From Candidatus Latescibacterota bacterium (GTDB lineage: Bacteria; Latescibacterota; UBA2968): DNA of 64,000 nucleotides. Shown piece after piece: positions 1-9,118 of this stretch; the stretch's first letter is position 1; every line of letters begins with the position of its first letter. A model generated the notes under the pieces. The model made no database searches. It saw only the letters and a program-made list of their open reading frames with translations, and was not told the origin of the DNA. The position numbers and the translations under genes are program-made. The stretch is taken from NCBI GenBank assembly GCA_965204375.1, contig OZ241986.1, positions 6,112,001 through 6,176,000 of the forward strand, read 5' to 3'.

Positions 1-960
1 CAGCATGGGGACTCGGGCGGCTGCATCGAGAAAGCTGCGTTTGCCAAAACAGTTGTAATCCCCCAGTAGTTCACCGTGATCCGATGACCAGGCTATGAGG
101 GTGTTGTCCAGTTCGCCCTGTTGTTCGAGTTCGTCAATGATTCGGCCCACGCTGTAGTCGATAAACGATATGCACGCCCAGTAATACCCGCGCATGACCT
201 GCAACATGCGATTGTCCAATCCCGCATCGCGGTATTTGTATCGATTCTGATGGCGGTTGAAATGCGTCCACAGGTCTTCCATGTTATCGGGGCGTTTGGG
301 AAAGGGCATCAAGGAACCGCGATAGAGTTTGTTCCAGGGCGTTGGCGGTGAAAAGGGCGGGTGAGGATGGATAAAACCCGACCAGAGGAAGAACGGTTTG
401 GATGTGTCGCGGTTTTTCAGAAAGTCAATGCTGCGGTCTGCAACCCAGGCCGTTGGATGATGGCGTGCGGGCAGTTGTGAAATTTGCGGGATATAATACA
501 TTTCTCCTCTTGCGCCCATTGGGTCATGGACATAGTCAAAGCCATGGGCGTGTAGATATTGTAGATAATCCTTTGTATCAATTGTTCCCGAGATTTCTTC
601 CTGTACATCTCGAGCGTGAAACCCACGCAATCCTCTTCGATCACCGGTAAAGTGCATTTTGCCCACGCCGTGACAGAGATACCCGTCCTGTGCGAGGAGG
701 TCCATCAGCGATGGGCGGTCTGTCGGTTGTCGAAATCCATTGTCAAAGCACCCATTTTTGTGCGGATACTGTCCGGTGATAAGGGATGCACGCGCCGATA
801 CACAAACGGGCGATGGCGTGTATCCTCTGGTAAAATTCACTCCTTCATGGCACAATCGATCCATCACTGGTGTGCGAATATGCGGATTGCCAGCCGCGTG
901 AACGGTGTCCCAGCGTTGCTGGTCGGTAAATACGAATAGAATATTGGGTTGTTTGGGCAT
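1..960 (-). CDS. Sulfatase (partial; runs off the left edge)
   Basis: Hand translation from the ATG at 960 gives MPKQPNILFVFTDQQRWD and TPSPVCVSARAS (CxxxR formylglycine motif). GGAG RBS upstream. Not in the ORF track because its stop lies outside the window. Confidence 0.9.
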   Translation of the reverse strand, partial: MPKQPNILFVFTDQQRWDTVHAAGNPHIRTPVMDRLCHEGVNFTRGYTPSPVCVSARASLITGQYPHKNGCFDNGFRQPTDRPSLMDLLAQDGYLCHGVGKMHFTGDRRGLRGFHARDVQEEISGTIDTKDYLQYLHAHGFDYVHDPMGARGEMYYIPQISQLPARHHPTAWVADRSIDFLKNRDTSKPFFLWSGFIHPHPPFSPPTPWNKLYRGSLMPFPKRPDNMEDLWTHFNRHQNRYKYRDAGLDNRMLQVMRGYYWACISFIDYSVGRIIDELEQQGELDNTLIAWSSDHGELLGDYNCFGKRSFLDAAARVPML

Positions 961-1142
961 TTTTCACTCCTTGGAGAATTTTACAATTGGCGCATTATTA
1001 TATCTTGCACAGGCGGGGGATGCAAGATGAAAGTTGTGTTGTATGCGATGTGGCGTGCGCCGCTATTGTTCCTTTCTTGACAATTGGAAGACGCGTTTCT
1101 ATATCTTAGTTATAGATTGATTTTTTAAATAAGGAGAATTTT

Positions 1143-1613
1143 ATGTCCAGAATTATCTATCTCGCCAGTCCCTATGGTTTTTCGTCTCAACAAAAACAAA
1201 AACTTTTGCCCGAGTTTGTTCAGGTACTCGAGTCTCTCGGCGCAGAAGTGTGGGAACCCTTTGAACGCAATAATCAGATTGACAAGGCGCAGCCTGGATG
1301 GGCGTATCAAATTGGGCAGGCAGATGTGCGCGATGTCAAAGAATCAGATGCCATATTTGCCATTGTCAATGGTACGCCGCCCGATGAAGGTGTGATGGTT
1401 GAGCTGGGGATTGCCATTGCCTTGGGGAAAAAGACCTTTCTGTTTCGAGACGATTTTCGCCGCTGCACCGATTCAGAAGACTATGCGCTCAATCTTATGC
1501 TTTTTACTGGTCTGCCAGAACACGGCTGGGAAGATTATTATTACACCTCTTTGGATGAAGTTGCCGATCCAGATAAAGCTCTGGCGCGCTGGCTGAATGG
1601 AGAGATGGATTGA
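1143..1613 (+). CDS. Nucleoside 2-deoxyribosyltransferase family protein
   Basis: IYLASP, D..DV.ESDAIFA, DEGVMVELGIAIALGK and NLML motifs. AGGAG RBS; TTGACA at 1077. Confidence 0.85.
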   Translation: MSRIIYLASPYGFSSQQKQKLLPEFVQVLESLGAEVWEPFERNNQIDKAQPGWAYQIGQADVRDVKESDAIFAIVNGTPPDEGVMVELGIAIALGKKTFLFRDDFRRCTDSEDYALNLMLFTGLPEHGWEDYYYTSLDEVADPDKALARWLNGEMD

Positions 1614-1682
1614 CAGACCTGTTATTCCTGAGTATTATTTTAATGACAACCATCATTTTACCCAAACACAACAGGTTCAGGT

Positions 1683-2231
1683 ATGGCCCTACAAACCGTT
1701 GCCACCATGACAGCCGATGAGCTTCTGGTGATGCCGCACAATGGCTATCGCTATGAACTCATAAAGGGAGAATTGCGCCAGATGGCTCCAGCGGGAAGTC
1801 AGCACGGACGAATTGCAGCGACAATCGGCATTCGACTTGGATCATTTGTCGAAAACAATGATCTTGGCATAACTTATGCCGCCGAAACCGGATTTATTAT
1901 CGACACTGCGCCCGATACGGTGCGCGCGCCCGATGCGAGTTTTGTGTCGAAAGAACGTGCGGAAGCCATAGACGAAGAAGGGTTCTTTCCCGGTGCGCCC
2001 GACCTCGCCGTTGAAGTGATTTCTCCTAATGACCGCGCGTCCGAAGTGACGGAAAAAGCATTTGATTGGCTGCGGGCAGGTGCGAAGATGGTTATTGTTC
2101 TCGATCCCAAAACGAGCACGGCAACTGTCTATCGCGGTTTAGATGATGTTCGCATTTTCACAAAGGACGACGCAATTGACGGTGGCGATGTCGTGCCCGG
2201 GTGGCAATTGTCACTTGCAGATGTGTTCTAA
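1683..2231 (+). CDS. Uma2 (DUF820) family putative endonuclease
   Basis: YELIKGEL, PDTVRAPDASF and APDLAVEVISPND motifs. Confidence 0.9.
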   Translation: MALQTVATMTADELLVMPHNGYRYELIKGELRQMAPAGSQHGRIAATIGIRLGSFVENNDLGITYAAETGFIIDTAPDTVRAPDASFVSKERAEAIDEEGFFPGAPDLAVEVISPNDRASEVTEKAFDWLRAGAKMVIVLDPKTSTATVYRGLDDVRIFTKDDAIDGGDVVPGWQLSLADVF

Positions 2232-2266
2232 AAAAAGGGGCGACCTTTTCTGGTTGCCCCTTTTTT
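2230..2266. terminator. Bidirectional intrinsic terminator
   Basis: AAAAAAAGGGGCGACC-loop-GGTTGCCCCTTTTTT between convergent genes. Confidence 0.85.
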
Positions 2267-2286
2267 GATACTTATATTATTGTGCA

Positions 2287-3648
2287 TTACCGCGCAGCCT
2301 CTATGGCCTCGGCTTTCATCTTTTCTCTCTCCACATCATCCTGCCATCGCGCTTGAATATCTTCGCGCAAACGCCAGAGTGGATCAAAATAAAAGAAAAA
2401 TGTATCGGGTTTTACTACGGGACTGATATAGACGGCGATCCCGGTCTCTCTGTTGTAATACTCATAAGAGTGCGCGTCTCGTTTTCCGCCACCGCCCAAT
2501 GTATCTACAATAAATGTGGGCATGTTAAACCCGGATGTGGTACCGCGTATGGTTTTTTCAATGGCGAGGCCATCGTCGAGCGTTGTGCGCAGGTCTTCAA
2601 CGCCGCGTACGAGGTCGTGGAAATATACGTAATAGGGTTGCACGTTTAAGTAGCTCAACCGCTTGACCAAGAGTTTCATCGTCTCGGTGCTGTTATTCAC
2701 GCCGCTTTGGAGTACTGCCTGGTTGCGTATTGTTATTCCGCGCGACTGTAGCCGATTAAGCCCGTCCTGGGTAATGCCGGTAATTTCGGCGGGGTGATTA
2801 AAATGGGTGTGCAGAACGACTTCTTTGTGCATTTTGCGCCCGCGATCTACTACGCGCGTCAGCGCATCTACCCAGGCATCATCTGTGACGAGTTTTTGCG
2901 GCATGACCGCCGGGCCTTTGGTCGCAAAGCGGAATCGCCGTATGTGGTCAATATCCAACAGGCGATTGCCCAGTTCTTCGAGTTGATCGGCTTTGAGCTG
3001 ATACATGTCGCCGCCGCTGACTACGACGTCTTCGACTTCGGGACGCGATTGAATATACCCAATCGCATTGTCCCATCGTTCGCGATTGACTCGCAGATTA
3101 ACTTTTTCCACATCTTCTGTATTCAGTCCCACGGCATAGCTGCGGGTGCAAAATCGGCAATATACGGGACAGGTGTCCAATACGAGGAATAACACGCGGT
3201 CTGGATAGCGATGTGTCAATCCCTCAACGGGGGCATCTCCCAATTCATTGAGCGAATCGAGGTGCAATTCGGGGTGATCGCACTCTTGCTCGCATCTGAG
3301 AGACAAAAATTGTTTGCGAATTGGATCGCGATACGGGTCATCCCAGTTGATCAAGCTCAAAATATACGGCGAAATCCGCACACTCATGGGCGCGTGTTGC
3401 AGGCCCGCTGCGACTTCTTGATAAAAGTCATTGGATACCCGATCCTCGAGTACTCGCATCAATTTGCCCACGCTGGTTATTGAATGGCGCATCTGAAAGA
3501 TGTGCGAGTGAAAGGTGTGCGCGTCTATGTCTGTAAAAGCGGGGATATGTCGCCAGAATTCGTCCCGACGCAACTCGCGATGCGCGAGGTCCTCGAGATC
3601 GACGGGCGGTTTTGTGCGAGGGGCATATACTTCTTCGATAACGTCCAT
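2287..3648 (-). CDS. KamA family radical SAM protein (lysine 2,3-aminomutase-like)
   Basis: HRYPDRVLF, CPVYCRFCTR (CxxxCxxC), SGGD, HTHFNHP, and GGGGK (PLP lysine). Confidence 0.9.
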   Translation of the reverse strand: MDVIEEVYAPRTKPPVDLEDLAHRELRRDEFWRHIPAFTDIDAHTFHSHIFQMRHSITSVGKLMRVLEDRVSNDFYQEVAAGLQHAPMSVRISPYILSLINWDDPYRDPIRKQFLSLRCEQECDHPELHLDSLNELGDAPVEGLTHRYPDRVLFLVLDTCPVYCRFCTRSYAVGLNTEDVEKVNLRVNRERWDNAIGYIQSRPEVEDVVVSGGDMYQLKADQLEELGNRLLDIDHIRRFRFATKGPAVMPQKLVTDDAWVDALTRVVDRGRKMHKEVVLHTHFNHPAEITGITQDGLNRLQSRGITIRNQAVLQSGVNNSTETMKLLVKRLSYLNVQPYYVYFHDLVRGVEDLRTTLDDGLAIEKTIRGTTSGFNMPTFIVDTLGGGGKRDAHSYEYYNRETGIAVYISPVVKPDTFFFYFDPLWRLREDIQARWQDDVEREKMKAEAIEAAR

Positions 3649-3704
3649 CTTTCTGCCTTTTTAGTGAGATGCAAGGTGTGGTTACGCCTGTGTGCAAACT
3701 ATTT

Positions 3705-3733
3705 ATAATACACCCGCTATATATATCTGTCAA
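3705..3733 (-). promoter_or_regulatory. Sigma70-type promoter for the kamA-like gene
   Basis: Minus strand TTGACA-17 nt-TATTAT. Confidence 0.7.
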
Positions 3734-3820
3734 GTCTGGGCGCGGACAAAAACCTTGTCCGACCTGTTTGTTTATTTTACTTTAAAAACGCTATTGCCAT
3801 CATTCTGAACGGAATTTTTT

Positions 3821-6562
3821 ATGCCAAAACGCGCATTTGTTATCCTCATTTTGGGTTTTGCTGTTTTTGCAGCTTTTGTTGGGCTGAGGCTGCTCTCGGT
3901 GATTTATACCGATTATCTCTGGTTTTCATCACTCGATTTTCAAAACGCATTTATCACCATTATACGCACCAAAACCCTCGCCTTTTTCGCATTTGGAAGT
4001 GTTTTTGCACTGATCTGCGGTATCAGTATTGTCGCTGCTCGGCGCTATGGGCAGCCCACCCGCATCATGGCACTTGAGGTTATTATCGATGGCGATGTTC
4101 CCATACCGCCTGATCACTCTCTCCGACAGCGTTACGCTTGGATCGGCATTGTCGCGCTGTTGTCCTTTTTTATGGGTATTGCAGGCACTTCGGCCTGGTC
4201 AGTTGTTCTAAAGTACATCAATCCCACCTCTTTTGATCTGGCTGATCCCATATTTGGTCACGACATAGCATTTTATGTTTTCAGCCTGCCGCTGTACAAT
4301 TTTCTGCAGGGTTGGCTCATTTCTGCAATTATTGTGACGGGGATTGCCTCGATTGTTTCCTATCATCAGGATAGAGCGGTTCGATACGATGACAAGCGCT
4401 GGATTACGACCCCACATGTGCTCGCACATGTCTCGATTCTCGCTGCTATCCTCGCTCTTTTACTCGCGTGGGGATATTGGCTCAAAAGATACGAGTTGCT
4501 CTATTCTTTTCGCAAAGAAGCTTTTTTTGGCGCGGGTTATACAGATCTCAATATCCAGATCTGGGCTTATTATCTGATGCTTTTGGGGCTGATTGTTCTC
4601 GCGGGGTTGCTCTTTTACAATGTGCGCGTTCGCACATGGAAGATTCCCGGATTTGGTTTGGCGGGCTATCTCGGTGCGCTCATTGTCGCGAGTTGGTTTA
4701 TTCCTATTATTTTTGAATTGGTGGTTGTGCGACCCAATGAATTTGACAGAGAAAAGCCCTATATTCAACATGCCATTAGTTACACGCGCAAAGCATATCG
4801 TCTGGACAAGATCGAGGAGGTGCCTTTTCCCGGTGAATCTGATCTGACTGCGGACGATATTGCAAATAATCAGGCTACGATACAAAGTATTCCGCTGTGG
4901 GATCGCCGCCCGCTTATGGATACGTATTCGCAGATCCAGGAAATTCGATCCTATTACAAATTTCGAAGTGTCGATGTGGATCGCTATGATATTGACGGCA
5001 CGTATCGACAAGTGATGTTGGCCGCACGTGAACTGGCGAGAAATCCGCGCGATTTACCAGGGGATACATGGGTCAATCGGCATCTTGTGTACACGCATGG
5101 ATACGGTCTGGTCATGAGTCCGGCCAATGAGATTGCCGCCGAAGGATTGCCGGGATTTGTGCTGAAAGATATTCCGCCGGTTACATCGAATGGTATTGAG
5201 GTCGTTCGCCCCGAACTCTACTACGGGGAAGACATGCGCGAATATGTCATTGTTCGGACCAACACACCTGAGTTTGACTATCCCAAAGGCGATGAGAATA
5301 TATACACGACTTATAAGGGTCGCGGAGGCGTGCCATTGGACGGATTTTTGACGCGCCTTTTATTTTCCATTCGCTTTGTCGATCCATTTATTCTTTTTAC
5401 CGATGCGATAACGCCCCAAAGTCGCATTGTGTTTGACCGGCATATTGGCACTCGCTTTGGCGAAGATGCTCCGCGGCGGTTTGATAAAATTGCCCCGTTT
5501 CTCCGCTTTGACAGCGATCCCTATCTCGCCGTGGTTGAAGGCCGCCTGCTTTGGATACAGGATGCTTATACTATATCCAATATGTTTCCCTATTCGATGC
5601 CTTATGGGCGGCCCTATGTGCGAGAAATGAATTATATCCGCAATTCTGTCAAAGTAGTGCTCGACGCGTACAATGGGAGTGTCACTTTTTATGCCTGGGA
5701 TACGAGTGACCCCCTGCTCAAGACCTATATGGCGATTTTCCCGCATCTGTTCAAGTCGGCCGATGAAATCAGTCCCGCACTTCGCGCACACCTGCGGTAT
5801 CCGATAGATCTCTTTGATATTCAGGCGACGCTCTACAATACCTATCACATGACCACTCCGATTGTGTTCTACAACCGCGAAGATGTTTGGGAGATTCCCA
5901 CAGAGTACTACGGGACAGTTGATCGCCCTATTCGCATGCGTCCGTATTATGTGATGGCGCGATTGCAGGGTGAAGACCGCGAAGAATATATTCTCATGCT
6001 GCCGGCTACGCCTTCCAATAAACCCAATATGATCGGCTGGATATTTGCGCGCTGTGACGGAAAAAATTACGGACGACTCGTGGTCTATAAATTGCCCAAG
6101 GAAACGCTCATTTACGGGCCGATGCTCATTGAACAACGCATCAATCAGGATACCGATATTTCCCGAGAAATTACTCTGTGGGATCAGCGCGGGTCAGATG
6201 TCATACGCGGCAATTTGCTGGTTATTCCCATCCGCAATTCGTTCATTTATGTCGAGCCGCTTTATCTGCGCGCATCCCAACATGGCATGCCAGAGCTCAA
6301 GCGCGTGCTCGCTATTCACGGTGACCGCCTCGCTATGGGCGAAGATCTCAACGATGCTCTCAACAGGGTTTTTGCCAAAACAACGGGCACGCGAGTTCGA
6401 GATACTGAAAATTTGCCAGAAGATCTCAAAGCACTCGCCCAGCAGGCATATCGGCAATTTGAAACGGCGCAAAAGCACTTGCAGGCGGGCGCGTTTTCCG
6501 ATTATGGCCAAAGCGTTGAGGCATTGCGCCAAACTCTTCGGCGCATGAATGAAAATGAATAA
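3821..6562 (+). CDS. UPF0182 family membrane protein
   Basis: N-terminal TM segments; DPIFGHDIAFYVFSLP, HLVYTHGYG, NYIRNSVK and YVEPLY motifs. Confidence 0.92.
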   Translation: MPKRAFVILILGFAVFAAFVGLRLLSVIYTDYLWFSSLDFQNAFITIIRTKTLAFFAFGSVFALICGISIVAARRYGQPTRIMALEVIIDGDVPIPPDHSLRQRYAWIGIVALLSFFMGIAGTSAWSVVLKYINPTSFDLADPIFGHDIAFYVFSLPLYNFLQGWLISAIIVTGIASIVSYHQDRAVRYDDKRWITTPHVLAHVSILAAILALLLAWGYWLKRYELLYSFRKEAFFGAGYTDLNIQIWAYYLMLLGLIVLAGLLFYNVRVRTWKIPGFGLAGYLGALIVASWFIPIIFELVVVRPNEFDREKPYIQHAISYTRKAYRLDKIEEVPFPGESDLTADDIANNQATIQSIPLWDRRPLMDTYSQIQEIRSYYKFRSVDVDRYDIDGTYRQVMLAARELARNPRDLPGDTWVNRHLVYTHGYGLVMSPANEIAAEGLPGFVLKDIPPVTSNGIEVVRPELYYGEDMREYVIVRTNTPEFDYPKGDENIYTTYKGRGGVPLDGFLTRLLFSIRFVDPFILFTDAITPQSRIVFDRHIGTRFGEDAPRRFDKIAPFLRFDSDPYLAVVEGRLLWIQDAYTISNMFPYSMPYGRPYVREMNYIRNSVKVVLDAYNGSVTFYAWDTSDPLLKTYMAIFPHLFKSADEISPALRAHLRYPIDLFDIQATLYNTYHMTTPIVFYNREDVWEIPTEYYGTVDRPIRMRPYYVMARLQGEDREEYILMLPATPSNKPNMIGWIFARCDGKNYGRLVVYKLPKETLIYGPMLIEQRINQDTDISREITLWDQRGSDVIRGNLLVIPIRNSFIYVEPLYLRASQHGMPELKRVLAIHGDRLAMGEDLNDALNRVFAKTTGTRVRDTENLPEDLKALAQQAYRQFETAQKHLQAGAFSDYGQSVEALRQTLRRMNENE

Positions 6563-7463
6563 ACAGGTCTCAAAGTGGGCTGGATTGCTCACTGAACAGC
6601 GCAATTCCAATAGCACCCATATTGACCGGTGTTCGACAGTGGATGCACTGCGCCTTATCAATACCGAAGATCAAAAAGTAGCGCGTGCTGTTGAAGCTGT
6701 GATAGATGATATTGCTAGGGCTGTCGATCTCGTGGTATCGGCGTTTCAAAAGGGTGGTCGTCTCTTTTATGTTGGTGCTGGAACCAGCGGTCGTCTCGGC
6801 GTTCTCGATGCGTCTGAATGCCCACCGACCTACGGTGTGTCACCCGATCTCGTTCAGGGTGTTATCGCGGGCGGTATTCCCGCTTTGACGCGTTCACAAG
6901 AAGGTGCAGAAGACCATCCAGAAGACGGAAAAGCAGCACTTAAAGATCGCGGTTGCACATCCGATGATGTTGTTATGGGCATTGCGGCGAGTGGGGTGAC
7001 GCCTTTTGTGCTCGGTGCGCTCGAATACGCGCGATGTATTGGCGCAAAGACTTTGTTTTTTACATGCAATCCAGATGTCGCAAAAAAGATGCGCGCAGAT
7101 GTCGCGATTGTTCCTGTAGTGGGGCCAGAAGTCATTGCCGGATCGACGCGCATGAAAGCGGGTACGGCAACCAAACTGGTGCTCAATATGATTACTACAA
7201 CGGCCATGATCCGCCTGGGCAAAGTCTATGAAAATCTGATGGTTGATCTCACGCCGACCTGCGAGAAACTCATAGACCGCGCCGAGCGCATTTTGGAGAT
7301 CGTATCTGATCTGACTCCTGAAGAAAGTCGCCGGGCACTCGACAACGCACAGGGCGATCTCAAAACGGCGATTGTCATGATAAAACGGGCTGTCTCTATA
7401 AAAACAGCCCGTGAATTACTGCGGCAAAACGACGGTGTTATCAATAAGGTTCTGGCGGATTAA
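6549..7463 (+). CDS. murQ: N-acetylmuramic acid 6-phosphate etherase
   Basis: TEQRN, GAGTSGRLGVLDASECPPTYG and GSTRMKAGTATK motifs. Confidence 0.95.
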   Translation: MKMNKQVSKWAGLLTEQRNSNSTHIDRCSTVDALRLINTEDQKVARAVEAVIDDIARAVDLVVSAFQKGGRLFYVGAGTSGRLGVLDASECPPTYGVSPDLVQGVIAGGIPALTRSQEGAEDHPEDGKAALKDRGCTSDDVVMGIAASGVTPFVLGALEYARCIGAKTLFFTCNPDVAKKMRADVAIVPVVGPEVIAGSTRMKAGTATKLVLNMITTTAMIRLGKVYENLMVDLTPTCEKLIDRAERILEIVSDLTPEESRRALDNAQGDLKTAIVMIKRAVSIKTARELLRQNDGVINKVLAD

Positions 7464-8989
7464 GCTTTGTTGTGTTCCCCTTGATAGAATGTTTTTACCA
7501 GTCCGTTGAGAAAGTCTTTGGGCTGGCGCACGGCTTCTGCGGTAATGACGTAAGATTGGTGACCCAATAGCTTTAGCCCGTGTCCGTAATCATCGAATAA
7601 ATCCGGACACACTTCGTCAACTGTGCGATGTTCTTTTGCGGCTTTTTCGGCAAGTGCGCCCAGTGCTTCATCGTCAAAAGTAAGCGCGATACCATAGGCG
7701 TCCTGGAATCGCTTGACAAACGCGCTCGTGCCCCGCAAGACCAGCAACTGCTGAAGCGCGTGTTCGGGGTCTTCAATCACATTTTTCGTGACGTGAAACG
7801 AATCGATGTTTGTCGATGGCAATGATTTTTCAAATTTTAGCAACGCGCGTTCACATACGCTGACCAGGCTTCGCGCGCCGGTTTGTTCCAGGGCGGCTTG
7901 TTCGGCCAATAGCCTGAGCGCGTCGTCATCAAAAGTTAGATCAATGCCGTAGGCTTTGAAGTCGCGTTTTTTGCCCAGAATTACCGAACTGGTCTGGCTC
8001 TGCAAAATCGCGTAGAGATCGTCCACGCTCAAGGGCGTTAAAATTGCTGTTACGGGTAGCCGCCCCACAAACTCAGATTCAAAACCGTATTCGATCATGT
8101 CTTCTGTTTTGGCGTATTGCAAAAGTTCTGTGTGGTTCTGTTCGTGAGACGTGTCGCGCCCCGATTGAAACCCGACTTTGCCCAGATTGAGACGCTTTCG
8201 CACGATGTCATCGAGACCGCTAAATGCACCGCTTACGATAAATAGGATGTTGCGCGTGTTAATTTTTTGACGCTCTACTTTGCCGCTGCGCTGAAATTGC
8301 ATCATGGATTCCATCTGCGATGTGAGGTCGTGCGGTGCTTTGAGATCGACATCGGTTTCTTCCATGAGCTTGAGCAAGTTGCGCTGAACGCCCGTGCGCG
8401 ATACGTCTGGTCCGACCAGATTTGAGGCCGATGCGATTTTGTCTATTTCGTCGATGTACACGATGCCGTATTGCGCCATTTCAATGCTGCCATTGGCTTC
8501 ACGCACGAGTTCTCGAATCAGGTCTTCGACATCGCCGCCCACATATCCCGTTTCGCTGAATTTTGTCGCATCGCCTTTGACAAATGGCACACCAATGCGT
8601 TGTGCAATCAACTTAATCAAATACGTTTTGCCCACGCCCGTAGGCCCAATCAGGAGAATATTGTTTTTGATGTGTCCTACATTTTTGCGCGAAAAATCCG
8701 GGTCTTCGCGGTCGAGTTTCATGCGATTGTAGTGCGTACATATCTTGGTGGCTAATACTTCTTTTGCTTCGGACTGCTGCACCACATATTCGTTTAAATA
8801 AGCCTCCAGTTCTTCGGGTTTGAGGTCAAAATCTATGGTTTGTTCTGCGGGTTCTTCCACGCGGGGACCTTCCTGTATTCCGTCGGCTTCCCCCTGCGGA
8901 AAGACGACCTGATTCCCGTATTTTTCTTCGAGGAAGTTTTTGAGATCTTTTTGCAATTCCGCAGGAGAAAAAGGTTTTTTTTCAGACAT
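7460..8989 (-). CDS. ClpX-like AAA+ ATPase lacking the N-terminal zinc-binding domain
   Basis: GPTGVGKT, DATKFSETGYVGGDVE, IDEIDKI, and a VGF loop. No C4 zinc finger at the N-terminus. Confidence 0.85.
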   Translation of the reverse strand: MSEKKPFSPAELQKDLKNFLEEKYGNQVVFPQGEADGIQEGPRVEEPAEQTIDFDLKPEELEAYLNEYVVQQSEAKEVLATKICTHYNRMKLDREDPDFSRKNVGHIKNNILLIGPTGVGKTYLIKLIAQRIGVPFVKGDATKFSETGYVGGDVEDLIRELVREANGSIEMAQYGIVYIDEIDKIASASNLVGPDVSRTGVQRNLLKLMEETDVDLKAPHDLTSQMESMMQFQRSGKVERQKINTRNILFIVSGAFSGLDDIVRKRLNLGKVGFQSGRDTSHEQNHTELLQYAKTEDMIEYGFESEFVGRLPVTAILTPLSVDDLYAILQSQTSSVILGKKRDFKAYGIDLTFDDDALRLLAEQAALEQTGARSLVSVCERALLKFEKSLPSTNIDSFHVTKNVIEDPEHALQQLLVLRGTSAFVKRFQDAYGIALTFDDEALGALAEKAAKEHRTVDEVCPDLFDDYGHGLKLLGHQSYVITAEAVRQPKDFLNGLVKTFYQGEHNKA

Positions 8990-9070
8990 AAAAAAACTCC
9001 AGAGTCAAGGGGCTGGGGACTGGAGATAAGCTCTCAGTCCATCCAGATTAGTAATACTGAAAGTGTCTAA

Positions 9071-9099
9071 ACAATACCAATACTACTTCTGACTGTCAA
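9071..9099 (-). promoter_or_regulatory. Sigma70-type promoter for the clpX-like gene
   Basis: Minus strand TTGACA-17 nt-TATTGT. Confidence 0.6.
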
Positions 9100-9118
9100 G
9101 TTATCATGAGACACAGTT

